DNA from: Trichoplax adhaerens
Lineage: Eukaryota > Animalia > Placozoa
Direction: 5' to 3'
DNA: 64,000 bases
Assembly: GCF_000150275.1 (NCBI RefSeq)
Contig: NW_002060945.1
Coordinates: 8,324,011 to 8,388,010 of the forward strand
Part shown: positions 40,510-53,873 of the stretch, piece by piece
How positions within the stretch are numbered: position 1 is the stretch's first letter
Layout: every line of letters starts with the position of its first letter
Made by a program: the position numbers and the translations under genes
The notes under the pieces: model-generated
What the model was told of the DNA's origin: nothing
The model's input: the letters and a program-made list of their open reading frames with translations, nothing else
Database searches by the model: none

Positions 40510-41390
40510 ATTTATAAGCTCGGAAACTTAAGTGAGCAGTAATAAATACACTTTGCAAGTAATATAGGCCTGTGGTAGAGTGCTTCCCAAATAAAAAATT
40601 GATATTTCAGGAGACACGATTCATAACCTGGCAAGCTTAGTGTGCAGCAGCTGCACTCAGTATTGGTCTGTGATAAAGTAACTCCAAACAAGAAATTTAA
40701 ATTTTAAGAGACGTGATTCATAGGCTCGAAAACTTGGTGTGCAGAGGGTGCACTTAGTGTAGACCTGTAATAAAGTGCCTCCGAAGCAAGAAATTCAACT
40801 TTCAAGAGATACGATTCATAAGCTCGGAAATCTAGTGTATAGTAGGTGTACTTTGTATAGACCTGCTATAAAGTACCTCTAAAACAAGAAATTCAAATTT
40901 CAAGAGACACGATTCATAAGCTCGGAAATCTAGTGTACAGTAGGTGTACTTAGTATACTGTAGACCTGCAATAAAGTACCTCTAAAACTAGAAATTCAAA
41001 TTTCAAGAGACACGATTCATAAGCTCGGAAATTTAGTGTGCAGTAGGCGTACTTTGTATAGACCTGCAGTAAAGTACTTCTAAAACAAGAAATACAAATT
41101 TCTAGAGACACGATTCATAAGCTCGGAAACTTGATGAGCAGTAGGTGCAGATAGTATAGACCTATAATAAAAGTACCTCTAAAACAAGAAATTAAAATCC
41201 CGTGAGACGCGGTTCATAAGCTCGAAAACTTGGTGTGCAGTAGGCGCACCTAGTGTAGACCTGTCAAGAAAGTGTCTCTAAAACAAAAAGTCAGAATTTT
41301 AACAGATATGATTCATAAGCTTGAAAAACTTGGTTTGCAATAGGCGCAATTAATATAGAATTGTGATAAACTATCTCTAAAACAAAATGA
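40510..41390. repeat. Minisatellite, ~9 x 98 bp
   Basis: Unit ttcaagagacacgattcataagctcggaaatctagtgtgcagtaggtgtact..gtatagacctg..ataaagtacctctaaaacaagaaattcaaat; starts at 40801 and 40899 give a period of 98. Confidence 0.95.
40956..40962. mobile_element. Probable Tc1/mariner excision footprint (TA -> TACTGTA)
   Basis: This repeat copy reads agta-TACTGTA-gacctg where sister copies read gta-TA-gacct. Confidence 0.65.
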
Positions 41391-43308
41391 TAAGGCCACT
41401 AATTTCTCGTCAAACCTCACTTTATTATATACTGTAAAGCAGTCTATTACTGTATATAATTGCAATTATGAAGGACTATCTACAGGGTATCTACATCGAA
41501 ACGAGTCATGTATTGCGTTAAGATCCCTAGGAAATGACAGTTGCCTTTGCATACTGCCTTTAACACCGATGATATTTTTAAGTGTAGATAGACTTTTAAG
41601 CAACATCATGGACTACAAGAAATGATAGCTAGTCTAATTTCAACAGTAGTTGTCCATGGTAACATGCATACTGCGCCTACTACTGGCTACCGTACAGTTG
41701 CATTAGATCATAATATTAGCTTCTTCCTTTCTGTGCCTATTATAATGATCCATTTGCAATGGTAAACACCCTCCCATCGTTAGCCTAGGCTACCATGATT
41801 TAAAATTTTTAATTGTTCTCATTAATTTGACATCTATTCTCTTGATGCAAATGACTTTAACAGGACTATAGTGGCGATACTGGGGCGTTGCATTCGACAA
41901 TTTTGCACGATTCTATATTTGAGAGGAGATTGCTTCCATTCTCTGTGCAAGCATCAATCTAATCCAAAAGCATACGTTAAGGTTAAGGTAATCCAGTCAA
42001 GTTGAAAGAATCATGTTATGGTATCCATTCCACCCATGTTAGATGGACTCTTATTGAAACAGTTGCCATTCTTTCTCATCCGTCAAACGTCTAGAATAGA
42101 ATCGTGATGTAAGTCGTTACTGTTGATTGTATTGATTTTCGTTTATTTTGATGTAAAAGTTTGTAAGAAGAAATGTCCATGACGGATATTATTGGATGAT
42201 GTTTTCAATATTGATACGACATGATTGATGATGATTGTAGAAAAGGAATAGCCTTCAACTCAGTACTTTCTCATAGATCGTATACTGTAAAGCATATCAA
42301 GCGATAGATTGGCACCTTTTCTTGACCATCTCCTTTCTGTCTAATGTCGCTCTCTTTAGTCAGCGTTAATGGAAGGCAGGATTAGTAGTACACTTTTGAT
42401 CACAAATCAATCGACCGGGACTAGTGAATAAAATCATATAAATCTACAAGTCATTTTTCGACGCTATTATAGGAGTACAGTAGACACCCTATTGAATTTT
42501 GTACAATTATTATTTTTTAGTTAGCAGAAGTAGTCTAGTGTTGATTAGAGTAGTCGATGGTGTTGATCACTCGGCTCCAAGTCACGTAGAGCATAGTCCA
42601 TTCCTAGCATTTCCAATAGAGGGAAAAAAGGATTCATTGGACTTTTCATTTCCTTTCGTTGATTAAACTTGTCAGTCTGAAGAAACGATCTAATATTACC
42701 TTGCCAATCCGACAGTATTGATAACAGGTAAACTGAAAATTGGACTGTCAGTCTAGAGCCATTAATCCAGTTTTTATTCATAACAGAAAGGTGACGATAA
42801 TACATTAACGCTAGTTTAGTACATTCGGCATCTACCGTATTCAAGAATTTTTCAATTTGTCATTCCATCGGCACTCTTTTTAATGTCGATATGATCATGT
42901 AGTCCGCATTTATACGACCATTTCAACTCCAGCAACACAATCAAATTGGGCATTTTCAAGCAGTTCTGTTACAGTTTATATTACCCAGGCTGAATTTGTA
43001 TAATTATTTATTCTTATTTTCTATTCATGTAGCAATTTATTTGTTATCGGCCCATGAACACAATATGTTATTTACGTTGTACAACAGTGAACTAGAAGTA
43101 AATCTACGTTTATCACTTCATCTACTTCTGTATGCTGCTATCGTTAACAGTGAACGGTTAAGCAATGGCAAGAATGATTGGACGCTTACATTATTTCGAG
43201 ATGGACAGTCATAGATTGTAATATTGGTAGAATTGTAATTGAATATCCTTGACTACTTTAGATAACGGATTCCGTTGAAGGAAACAACAACATTTGGCCA
43301 AAACGACC

Positions 43309-46300
43309 ATGGATTCTCATTCGTAAGTCACTTATTTCGCTACAAAACTATAATAACAGTGATGAGTCATTTTATTAGCATAGAAAATAACAACCAAGAC
43401 CAAATTCGATCCTGGTTTGTCCGTTCTGACAATGAAATAGGATGAGGATAGTGATTATCATCATCAGTCTTTACGAAAAGCGCTAAAACATGTTTGTGCA
43501 TTTCTTGATTCGTCCCTTGTGACATATGTATAGAAATTATGATCTCTCGTATTACTGCCATCGTGGAAATCATCTTCATTATTAGTCTTAACCAAGAGCA
43601 CTGGGACTGTTAATCCATGTCTCATTAGTCTGTTACGATATATGAATAATGTTCGATCGTTGTCGTCGTCGCAATCATCTTTATTAGTCTTAACTAAGAG
43701 CATGATGAGTCCATCCAATGATCTATCGTTGTCAACATCGTCATCTTTAAAGGTTAAATCAACCAAGAGCACTAGAACATGTTGATAGTTTTCTATTAGT
43801 CCGTTGTGATATAGGTATCATGATCTATCGCTGCCATCGTAGTAATCATCTTCATTAGACCAAGTTAATCGATTTATTATTAGGCAGCTACAACATCGTA
43901 TCATGATCGATCGTTGTCATCATCGCAATCCTCTTCCTTAGAACAGCTTGATAGGTTTTTTAATTAGTCAGTTACGACATGTGTATAATGATCGATCATT
44001 GTCATCATTAGTCAAAAGTCTTAGCCAAGAGTACTGGATATTAATTTAGTCTTTACCAACAACGCTAGAACATGTTAATGAGTTTTTTTGTTAGTCAGTA
44101 GCGACAGAGAGTAATGAATCGATCATGGTCATCATCATTCGTCTTAGCCAAGGACCCTGCAACAAGTTCATAAGTTTCTTATTAGTCAGAAGTGACTTAG
44201 AATGGTCTATCGTTGTCATCATGGGTTATTGAATTGAGTCTAATTTCAATTATATTCGTATGATAATTTTACGCCGACTGCTTTTACAATATTCAGAACG
44301 ATGATTAATAGCTATAGTTGGTAGAAAAATGTACATCCACTGCTCATGGCAGGCTACTTCGATTAATGAAGAAGGCATTTCTAGAATAATTTCAGCTACT
44401 GTCGGCTCCCCTTCAAAAAATAACAATTAGTAAGGGAATTGATAAACTATTCAATGATGATTAATTATTCGATCGCCTTAATCATCATAATTAGTTTTAA
44501 GGATAAATGCTGAAAAACAGTTCGTTTGCTACTTATTAGATAGCCGAAATCAGCGATTATTGATTTAGAATCCACAGTAGAGCAATTTGATAGCTGCTAG
44601 TTTGCCATCTTGACGTAAAAGACAATATCATTACTAATTGCTAATAGATAGTCAATATTAGAAAAACAAGCTGATCCGTAGTTCGATTCAGTAAAACTTT
44701 TCAAGGATTACAGTTGCTGTTTACCAAGAAAGAAAGAACCAGCAAAGGACTTGAAAAACGACCAGAAAAATGATCCAAAAGCTATTCAATCGTTTTAATC
44801 ATAACAATTAATCTAGCGATTATTCTAATTTCTCTACTATGAAAGAAACAATCAGTAAAAAAATTTGAAAAACTTGAGCAAAATAAATGATTGATCAGAT
44901 ATTGAATCGTTCTCATCATCATCATTAGTCTTAACGAAGAACACTGAAACATGGAACTTGTTTAGTTGTAATTAGCAATTATTTTACTGTAGTACGAGTA
45001 ACATAATTTTGTGCCTACTCACTTGCCCTATTATTACAATACTATTAAGAATAATTGCTAATAAACAGTAAACCGCTAGAAAAACACACATTAATTACTC
45101 ATCACCAACTAGTTTGATCCGACAAACAATTCAAAGACACATTTTAGTTGTTCTTTACCAAGAAAGAAACAATCAGTAAACTAAGTTGGAAAAAAAAGAT
45201 CGTTCCTATTCGATCGTTCTAATCTTAGCCTTAACCAAGAATGCTGAAACTTCAAATTTATTCCATTGTGATCAGCGATTATTTTTCAATTCAATAATTT
45301 GAGCAATTTTATGCCTACTCATCTCTCTGAAGTCAGCGTAATTATTCATAATTCATTGCTAATCGACAGTTAAACTGGTAGAAAAATACCCATCAAGAAT
45401 TTACAACAAACTACAGTAGTTTGATTCAGTAAATATTTCAAGAATGATTTCAGTTGCTATCTGCTAAGAAAGAAAGAATCAGAGAAAATGACTCGAAAAA
45501 ACTTTACCCAAATCAAGGATCCATCAGTTATTCTAAATCTTAGAGAAGAACGCTGCAACTTTCTTTCTTATTCCATAGTTTATGATCAGTGATTGTCTAC
45601 CGTACTTTTCACAGCATAACAACTTTATGGCTAGTCCTTTCGGCGTACCTTCATTTACCTTGATAAACGCATCGGTCCTTCATCAGTAAACGGATAGATA
45701 CAATAAACATTTCAACGATAATTTGCTATCTGTAAAAAGAAACAGTTAGTTAAAAAAGGGCTAGTGAACTTTGGCTAAAATACGTAGAAGAAAGTCAATA
45801 CTAGAATTGATCAACATACAGTGTCATTATGATTCCGGATTCTGGCTAATCGATGGCAGACTGATAGAAAAAACTGACCATCCGTAACTGGGATAGAGCC
45901 AGTCAATATTTCAGGGATGATTTGCTATTTACAAAAAGAAACAACCAGTTAAAAGGGCTTGTAAAGCCTTGTTAAAATAAAATCAATACCATAATTGATC
46001 AGTATACAGTGTCATAATGACTAAAAAAGGGCTTGCAAAACGATATTATTAAAATAAAATCAATACTATAATTGATCAGTATACAGTGGCATGATGACTC
46101 AAAAAAGGCTTGCAAAACGCTATTATGAAAATAAAATCAATCCTATAATTGATCAGCATATAGTATCATTATTATTACTAGGATTAGTTGCGAATCGAAA
46201 GTAGATTGGTAGAAAAAACACATCAGTTGGTCATCAGCAACTGGATTGATACAGTAAATCAATCGATCAGTATATGCGTCTTTCCAAGTATTCTTATTTC

Positions 46301-49300
46301 ATGACAGAATTGACGTTTCCTCAACCTAATGTCCTACCATAGTCCGTTGCTATATACAGTAGTAAGCTACCCTCGCTTGAAATGATGACAAATTGATCCA
46401 ACGGTCTTTCAAATTCGTCGATACACTATGTAGAAATTGAGCTGCTAACTCGTTGAATTGGGTAGCAATAATTATTTTACAATGCCAATTCATAATGATA
46501 ATTATTAGAAAATTGAAGGAATCCAAGAAAGGGCGAATAGACACGCCATTAGTCTACCACAACCCCAAGACTGCAGCGTTAAAGACAGATCCAGGTGAAA
46601 GGCTACTCTACACGTTCTATGGTATGGTGTACAGGAAAAGTAGAGGGAAGAAGGGATGGGATCAAATTGGAGATACTTTCCTACCGATATCTCTAATCCA
46701 GATGAAATCTTCCTTTGAAAATCCGTTTAAAATTGTTGTCAGCGATCAAAATATTCGCGTAAGTAACATTAACGCTACTTCCATTTGATCCTTGGATCAA
46801 GTCTACAGTTCTACTTGTACCCGATTTCACAATGGCTGTGGACCAATCTCCTTGCTTAGTTTTTCTTAAGTAGAATTCTCAATCCAATTTATAAATGATT
46901 CAATTCCATCATGCCACTCTTAAAAGAAACGATTGAATCATTCGCTAAATAGCTTGAGAATGATTGATACAGTCCTATCGACTTCATTCTTGCACTATTT
47001 TCATACTGTAAAAGAACACAAAAACGGATAAATCATTTTAAGCTAACAAAGATACAACAATTTATTTTGAAACCTAGCTGGTAGATTACCTTGTCTCGAC
47101 AGAGACCAAAACCAACATCGATAGCGGATTTGTACAATGGTTTTCCTATCAAAATACTTTTGGTGCTCGATTCTCCCACGAAAAATTAGCCACTGAGGTA
47201 TGTTTTAAAAGGAACTGGATAATCCTACAAGTACAAGTAGGCATCAATGTGATTACTCCAATAATATACGGCAATTTCCTACTCATACAACATACGTAAG
47301 CCATTTGCAATTTCTGTCCACTTATCCATTCTTGCTTGACTAGATGTTCCTATCAGGAGTAATAGTGGTTAAATCCACAGACTACTAGAAAAATAGACGG
47401 TATTTTCCCGGTAGTCGATGGTAAATCTATTACCAATATTAGACACATGGCATCGTTGTTCCTATCTTGAGTAGTTCAATTCACAGATGTCTCGAAAAAT
47501 ATAAGTTATTTTCCTAGTAGTTCATGATAAATTCTATTCAAGATACCAATATCGGACATGCGGGTACAATATAGTCTTTCTTTATCATGAGTAATAATCG
47601 TAGTTAAAATCTACGGACTACCGATGAAATGTACCTTACTTATTTTGCCAGTAGTCCATGATAAATCCAATACTAGCATCCATGTATGGCATTTTTATTT
47701 TCTTGTCAACTTGTCCATTCTTTGCTTCGCCACTAGTGGTTCCTATCATGAGTAATTAACAGTAGTTAAAATGGACGGATTGGCAAAGAAATGTACCGTA
47801 TTTATTTTGCAAATAGTCCATGGTAAACCCAATACTCTACCGACATACAACATAGGCCATTTGTAATTTCTACCAACTTAGCCATTCTGGCTTCGTCGCT
47901 AGTTGTTCCTATCATGAGTAAGGTAGTTGATGCTTGTCACTGACAACTTTAAAGTAGATACATGGCAATGCTCCATTAACCATAGGTAAATCCTACAACT
48001 ATGATCTTTATTGCCCACTATGCATCCTCTTGCCTAGTGTATTTGAGCATCGTTAAATGATGGTGGTGGTGTCATGGTAGTATCCTAGAAATTCAATCCA
48101 TTACTTCAAATTAATCGGAATAAAAAACCCAGATCGAGAAACACGGAAGCCATAAATTTTTACAGTACAGTATAATGGGTATCACCGATAAAAAATGCTT
48201 ATCGAAAGCTAGAGAAATAGTTTAGATTACTGATAGATAAAATCCAATTGCTACGATATTGTATTCATTAGCTTGATAGATGTAGTAAGATTGGATCATG
48301 AATTTCTAGCCATATTGGATATTGCTTCGTGTTGTACTGGCAATAAATCAACCAAATTGAATTTTATCAGCCCAAGAACTATGCTTCGCTTCTCCTGCAA
48401 AATCTCGACGGAATGATGGTTAAAGCCAAAACAAATTTCAAACTGATGATAAAACATTTTTGTCCTGATTTCAATGAATAATTTCATTTCCCTTACCCTT
48501 GGACGTAAATAATGTAAATTACATTCTGGCTGATAATTAATAAAATGATTGTTTTACTGTACTTAACTGCTAGAAATGTTTCTCCTTTTTCGTCACCAAA
48601 GTGTGATTTAGTCATTGACTTTTTACTACTGTCATGACGTGAATTAAGTTGAAAGTCTTTAAATTAATCAAGTTTTTCTCCTTGTTCTAGCTCCATTTTG
48701 CTATTGAACGAATGATTTCCACCATGGCACAAACAGCCAACTTAATCAGTAAAAATAAAGACTACTATGAAGTAAGTAGATTGTCGAGACTAATGGTAGA
48801 ATTTCATTCTAGACGAAAGGCTGAAATAAATTTCCAACTGGACGATAATCTATTCTTTTAGCTCTTACTTAATTTACTTTATGCTTACCTGTCGCACCGC
48901 GATATGCCCATATGTTGACGTATAGCCATCACAATTTCAACTTTAGACTAAAATAGTTCCGTTGCAAGCGGCTCGAAAAGGACGAGGTGGTAAACTAGCA
49001 AACGAAGTTGTTATCGAAGTCTACATTAACCATGCTAGTATAGCAACAAAGTTTTCAATGTCACCCAGGTACAGGCTTGTCTTCACATAGAGAGCTAACA
49101 TTTTTCGCTATTTACTTCTACTTAATTATAAGAAAGATCTTAGACAAGATCATTAGTAATGCTATCTCATGATAACGACTGTCCGATTTTTTATTTTCAA
49201 ATATATTTAACAATGATTCAAAAGTAGAATAAATAAAAACGATATAAATCTATTCCTTGACTGGTGCATCTCTAAAGGATTTAGTAGACTAATAGAAAAA

Positions 49301-52219
49301 AAATATATCGATTTCTTGAACAGTGCCTCTCTAAAGGACTTATTAGAAAAAATAGCTCAACATGTGGAAGCAAATCCAATCCAGTGTTTATTGGAATTAT
49401 CACCCAAACCAGATGGTACTAAACCTGAATATAATCCTCAGAAACCTGTTGGAGCTTTAAATCCAAAAGTAGTGCATTTCCAAGTCAAAGTGGACCCATC
49501 CAATACTGGTATGACCATTCCTCTATGCTATAACTACCAAAATGTAGTACTATTGCTTAGTTTCCATTAAGTTTCTATTCCACTCTTTATATCAAAATTC
49601 ACTTCTAGCCAACGTAGAAACTGCTAATGAAAATATTACCGAAAATGAGATCGCAATGACTGAAGAGACTGAAGATTTACAAGTCAGAAGTGAAGAAAAA
49701 CAACTCATCACATCCAACGATATCACTCTTACAATGGATAATAACGAGCATTTACCTCAGGAAAGGAAAGAAAACATCAACGAAACTGTCATTGAAAATG
49801 GAGTAGTAGAATCGAAAGAATCAGAAAGCAACGATGAGAGATCTAGTCTTCATAATTCTGATACCAATATCAACGATAGTACCATCATGGATACTGAAAA
49901 TGAGGATCAAAAACCTATACTTGAAAAGGAAAAGCCTATGGATAGCTCTATCCAAGATAATAATATGAACCAAACTGCAATGAGTAATGCTGAAACTGAA
50001 ATAATTGATGCCAACGTATCTGTTGATGCAGGAACAGTGGTAAAAGAAATTATTGACGATACAATTGCTCATGTTGTTAAAGAACCTCCACTCACTCATA
50101 ATGACGAATCGAGTAATATTAATGACGATACTATACAAAATGAAAGCTGTTTAGAAGATGTAGAAAATCATACATCTATCGCTAAAGAGTCTATCGAAAA
50201 TGATCGTAACCAAATGAGTCATGATTTAGAGACCTTGCCTGCAGATTCTATGACGGACGCGAACAATTTACCGACTGTCAACGATCAAAAGATTGCAACT
50301 GAAAGTCAGCAATCATCGGAAATGATAGAAGCAGAAGCTGCAGATGATATTATAAAAGAATCTAATTCTGCAAATGAAAATAATGATGAATTACACATTG
50401 CTAATATTGACCAGCTTACTAAAAATCAGAATGATAACCATCAACTTCCTCAATCTACAATTTTGGAAAGTAAAATATCAGAATTGGATACAAAGGAGAA
50501 TCATGCTACTTTAAATGATACTACAGAAAATATTCAATCTATAAATGATGAAACAACCACCATAACAGCCAATTCAGTAATCAATAAGGAAGGCGAAAGA
50601 CTAGAAGATAATGTAGACAGCAGTTCAATGCCTGTACAGGTCTGTTATAGATATAGTATACGCATATTATGAGTAAGATAAATTTTTGTGGAAATATGAC
50701 CAATAATCTGTTTCCCCTGATATACTATAGAATACGACAGCACCGCCATTACATGAACAATCAAGCCAAAATTCAAATATACAATTAACGCAAAATATAG
50801 AAGTAAGTAATGCTTGGAAATGATAAAACTAACATCATACGGTAATATTGACTAGTGGATCTAGAAAATTGGCGTGTGATAGTAATTTAAATTATCTTTC
50901 TACTTTTAAAATTTTTATAACTGTGTAAAGAGTAATGGAGGGCCTGTACTGAATAATGGATCAGCTATTCAATCTTCAACTAAAGTAGCGGACAAAATTG
51001 ATGCTTCTAATCTTCCACCATTGGCATTAGATCATAAACAGGTTATGGGACATTCTTTCACGCGCCAAATGTCATCTCCTGCTGAACTTGCTCCTACAAC
51101 TACACGTCGAAAGGCGCCAGCACCACCACCACCTTCTTCATCAGCTAGAAGAGATACTAAAGAAAGAATTAAAAAAATTGTTGCACCTCCACCACCATCA
51201 ATCATAAAGTCAGCTGGATTTACTGGTCATGATGTCTCATCATCCATTTCCGAAAAAGAAGAAGCAGAAAAATTTCAAAACGGAAATATCGGTCAGCAAC
51301 CTGCCAATGTACCTTCAGAAATTAATAGACCTCGATCTAGCACAGCCCCAACGCCTGATGACAGTAACAGAACGAGAAGTACTACAGCAATACAAAAAAC
51401 TAAAAAGCAGGCGCCGCCGCCACCACCGCTTCGGTCTTCGAAAGCAAATCCTTCTCGTATTGATAAGGTAATGGGCAAAGTTCTGAACTTAAAGTACTGC
51501 TTAATGTAGAAATGGTATCTTTACGATATTTTGTTCAATAATTAGTAATGTCCAATCCTAATTGAAAGATTCGTTGTTACCAATTTAAATATTTAGGTTG
51601 TACCTGGTCAAAACCCCAATGTATCCAGAAATGGCACAAACACTGGTAAAATTGCAGGTATGCTGTGTCTTTGATATGACACTATTTCCACATGTGTATT
51701 GAAAATCTATAAATTCTACTGCTGATTGTTTCAATGTCAATTAAATTCTGCTTTAAATTACCAAAGTTAAAATTCTATTTCATACTTGACGATATCTATC
51801 ATTGAAAGCCGTAATCTTGCTATCCTCTCAAGTATATTTCCGTGTATGAATTTACAGATACTCAAGGGAAAAAAGCTGAAAATCTAGTGTTTAATGTCCC
51901 CCCACCACCACCAGGCAAACCTCCAGCGAAATCTCAAAAGCCTGCTTTGTTAAACTCAGATGTCGATCTAAATCAGTTGCATTTTAATGGAAAATCAATG
52001 ATGGATCTTTTGCAAAATGATTCTAAATTTAAAGGTAACATCTTATTTATCTCATTTTTAAACGGATACTGGACGTAATTATTTAAATTGAAGAAATCAT
52101 CTATTTTAAAGCGATGTTTTAAATCAGGAGATCAAAATAATTACTTGAACTGGATCTTAACATCATTTGTTATTGAAAATTTTCTCACAGATTGGTTGCC
52201 AAAATCAGCGGCAAACTGA
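43309..52219 (+). CDS. EVH1 + Cordon-bleu-type ubiquitin-like domain + acidic disordered region + 3 KRAP-like/proline motifs; Cobl/COBLL1-related actin regulator candidate, 12 exons, ~892 aa
   Basis: Exons 43309-43322, 46509-46758, 47078-47197, 48691-48771, 48947-49068, 49324-49508, 49609-50639, 50731-50802, 50931-51467, 51597-51657, 51858-52034 and 52191-52219 join in one open frame. EVH1: GMVYRKSRGKKGW..FKIV..GFVQW..FGARF..A. Cobl-like: SLKDLLEKIAQHVEANPIQCLLEL..YNPQKPVGALNPKVVHFQVK. Motifs RRKAPAPP, KKIVAPPPP and KKQAPPPP. The first exon is the least certain. Confidence 0.8.
43450..44220. repeat. Degenerate intronic tandem repeats, ~60-110 bp units
   Basis: Recurring gatc(t/g)atcgttgtcatc..atcatctt.attagtcttaaccaagagcact.gaacatgtt. 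Confidence 0.8.
44430..46260. repeat. Degenerate higher-order intronic repeats (~300-430 bp units, then ~60-bp units at 45950-46170)
   Basis: Anchors tagaaaaa..tagtttgattcagtaaa..tttaccaagaaagaaacaatcag at ~44660, ~45080 and ~45380; aaaataaaatcaatac.ataattgatcagtatacagtg x3. Confidence 0.7.
45412..45418. mobile_element. Probable Tc1/mariner excision footprint (TA -> TACAGTA)
   Basis: aac-TACAGTA-gtttgatt versus sister copies aac-TA-gtttgatc (45110) and ccg-TA-gttcgatt (44679). Confidence 0.6.
47290..47920. repeat. Degenerate intronic tandem repeat, ~5 units of 110-165 bp
   Basis: Core ttcctatcatgagta(a)..gttaaa..tattt..tagtccatg.taaat at ~47347, 47459, 47580, 47740 and 47906. Confidence 0.75.
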
Positions 52220-53873
52220 CGTAAACTATCTAAATACAGCTATAGTTACAGAAGACAAGCCGATGAGCAAAGTTAATAATTCTTTCAAATCTTGATAGTA
52301 CCGTATATACTTTTATCACTCAAACAGCATTTAATTTTATATATTTTGCGTATATGGTTATATACTAGTGGGTAGCCTAATTTGGTGAAATATTTTACAA
52401 TGCAGAAAAATTTTTAATAACTTAAATATTTTATGGATGGAAATTAAGTCAATACTTGAAGTTATATCAAATTTACCTGTTTACTGATATCATCTAAGGT
52501 AATCTAATCGGCTAACTACGCTTTTCTTTTGGAAGGGTTCGTTACCCTACGAATTATTGAAGGTATTAGCGTTTCTGCATTCACATTAATTCTTTAATTA
52601 AGAGGTCTATATGTTAATACAATGATATGATCTGCAACTGGTGACAGACTATAAGATAGCTTTAAGAGATTCTTAAGTAAAGCGAAGGCTACACATTGTG
52701 AATGTATTGCTATTGAACTGTTAATAAAATTCTTTTTTTAATTTTGGAACGTGTTTACTTTTTTTAAAGGCAACGGCTTAAATATTATCGTATCGAAGGG
52801 TTCGGTCATAACCATATTCTTATTCGATATTTGAAAGCATTACATCAGTACCAAATTTCTTAAGTTTACCTCATAAATGTGCACTATTGTATAGCTTCTT
52901 GGTATTGACACATACGGTAGTAGCATAAATTGTATAGTAGTTTGGGAAAACAAAGTTATCCGTTGAGCCGTTCAAAAACTATAAATCTTGCAAATTTTGC
53001 TTGGTTTCAAAGACATTCAATTGCAACAACAACGCAATAACCTCATAAAATACCGCAAAATATCATTAATGGATGCCATTTTATGATTATTGAGTAGCAC
53101 GGGACTTGTCATTACAATATTGTTATTAAGCCGCATACATTAATGGATTTACATCCATATATATTGGAAAATTATTGAAAAATTTGACATACAAAGCAAT
53201 CGGTAGGCCTTACAACTTTTTTGTCATCTAGAATGCTTAAGCATTACAGTCAGGGCGCTTTAAGTTCGCATCTTATTCATGTATGAACTTTCGATGACAT
53301 CACTTTATAAATGAACGAACAGCTATATCAATGATAATATGCTTGTAAATTGCGTATATGTTGGATAGGTTTATAGTGCTGGATTTAAATATTTTACTAC
53401 TTGACCGGAAATAATTAATACACCTACAAATTATTTCATTCATCTTAAAGTCATATATTCGGCTATACTCTTTTCGCGAATATCATGTATTAATCATAAT
53501 GTATATAACTTGTTATAAATTAACAGAATTTCATAATTGTGATCCTTTAGTAAAGCCTTTGTTACTACAATTTTAGGAACTTTCCATGAAGCATATCGAT
53601 AAATACAACACGAATATGGTATAAATATAAATGTCGGGACATTGAAGAAATGTAGCAAAACTTAATTGCTAATTACTTCGATTAAAAACAGTATGACAAT
53701 AAGTTCAATGTCCAGCAACTTTAGTACACAGCTATCCATAATGATAATTATATTTGAAGTTTTAAATAAGGTTGAGATAGTACAAAAGACATATAAAACC
53801 AGGGAAACTTAACTCATCATAATATAATTAACGAGAACTCCTTCTTATGCTCTATATTCAGAATTAGGAACCA

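Noticed and set aside
40510-41390. 98-bp array as CRISPR or coding repeat
   Set aside because: No variable spacers and no sustained ORF
43367-43772. Asp-rich minus-strand ORFs
   Set aside because: Products of degenerate intronic repeats, antisense to the Cobl-like gene
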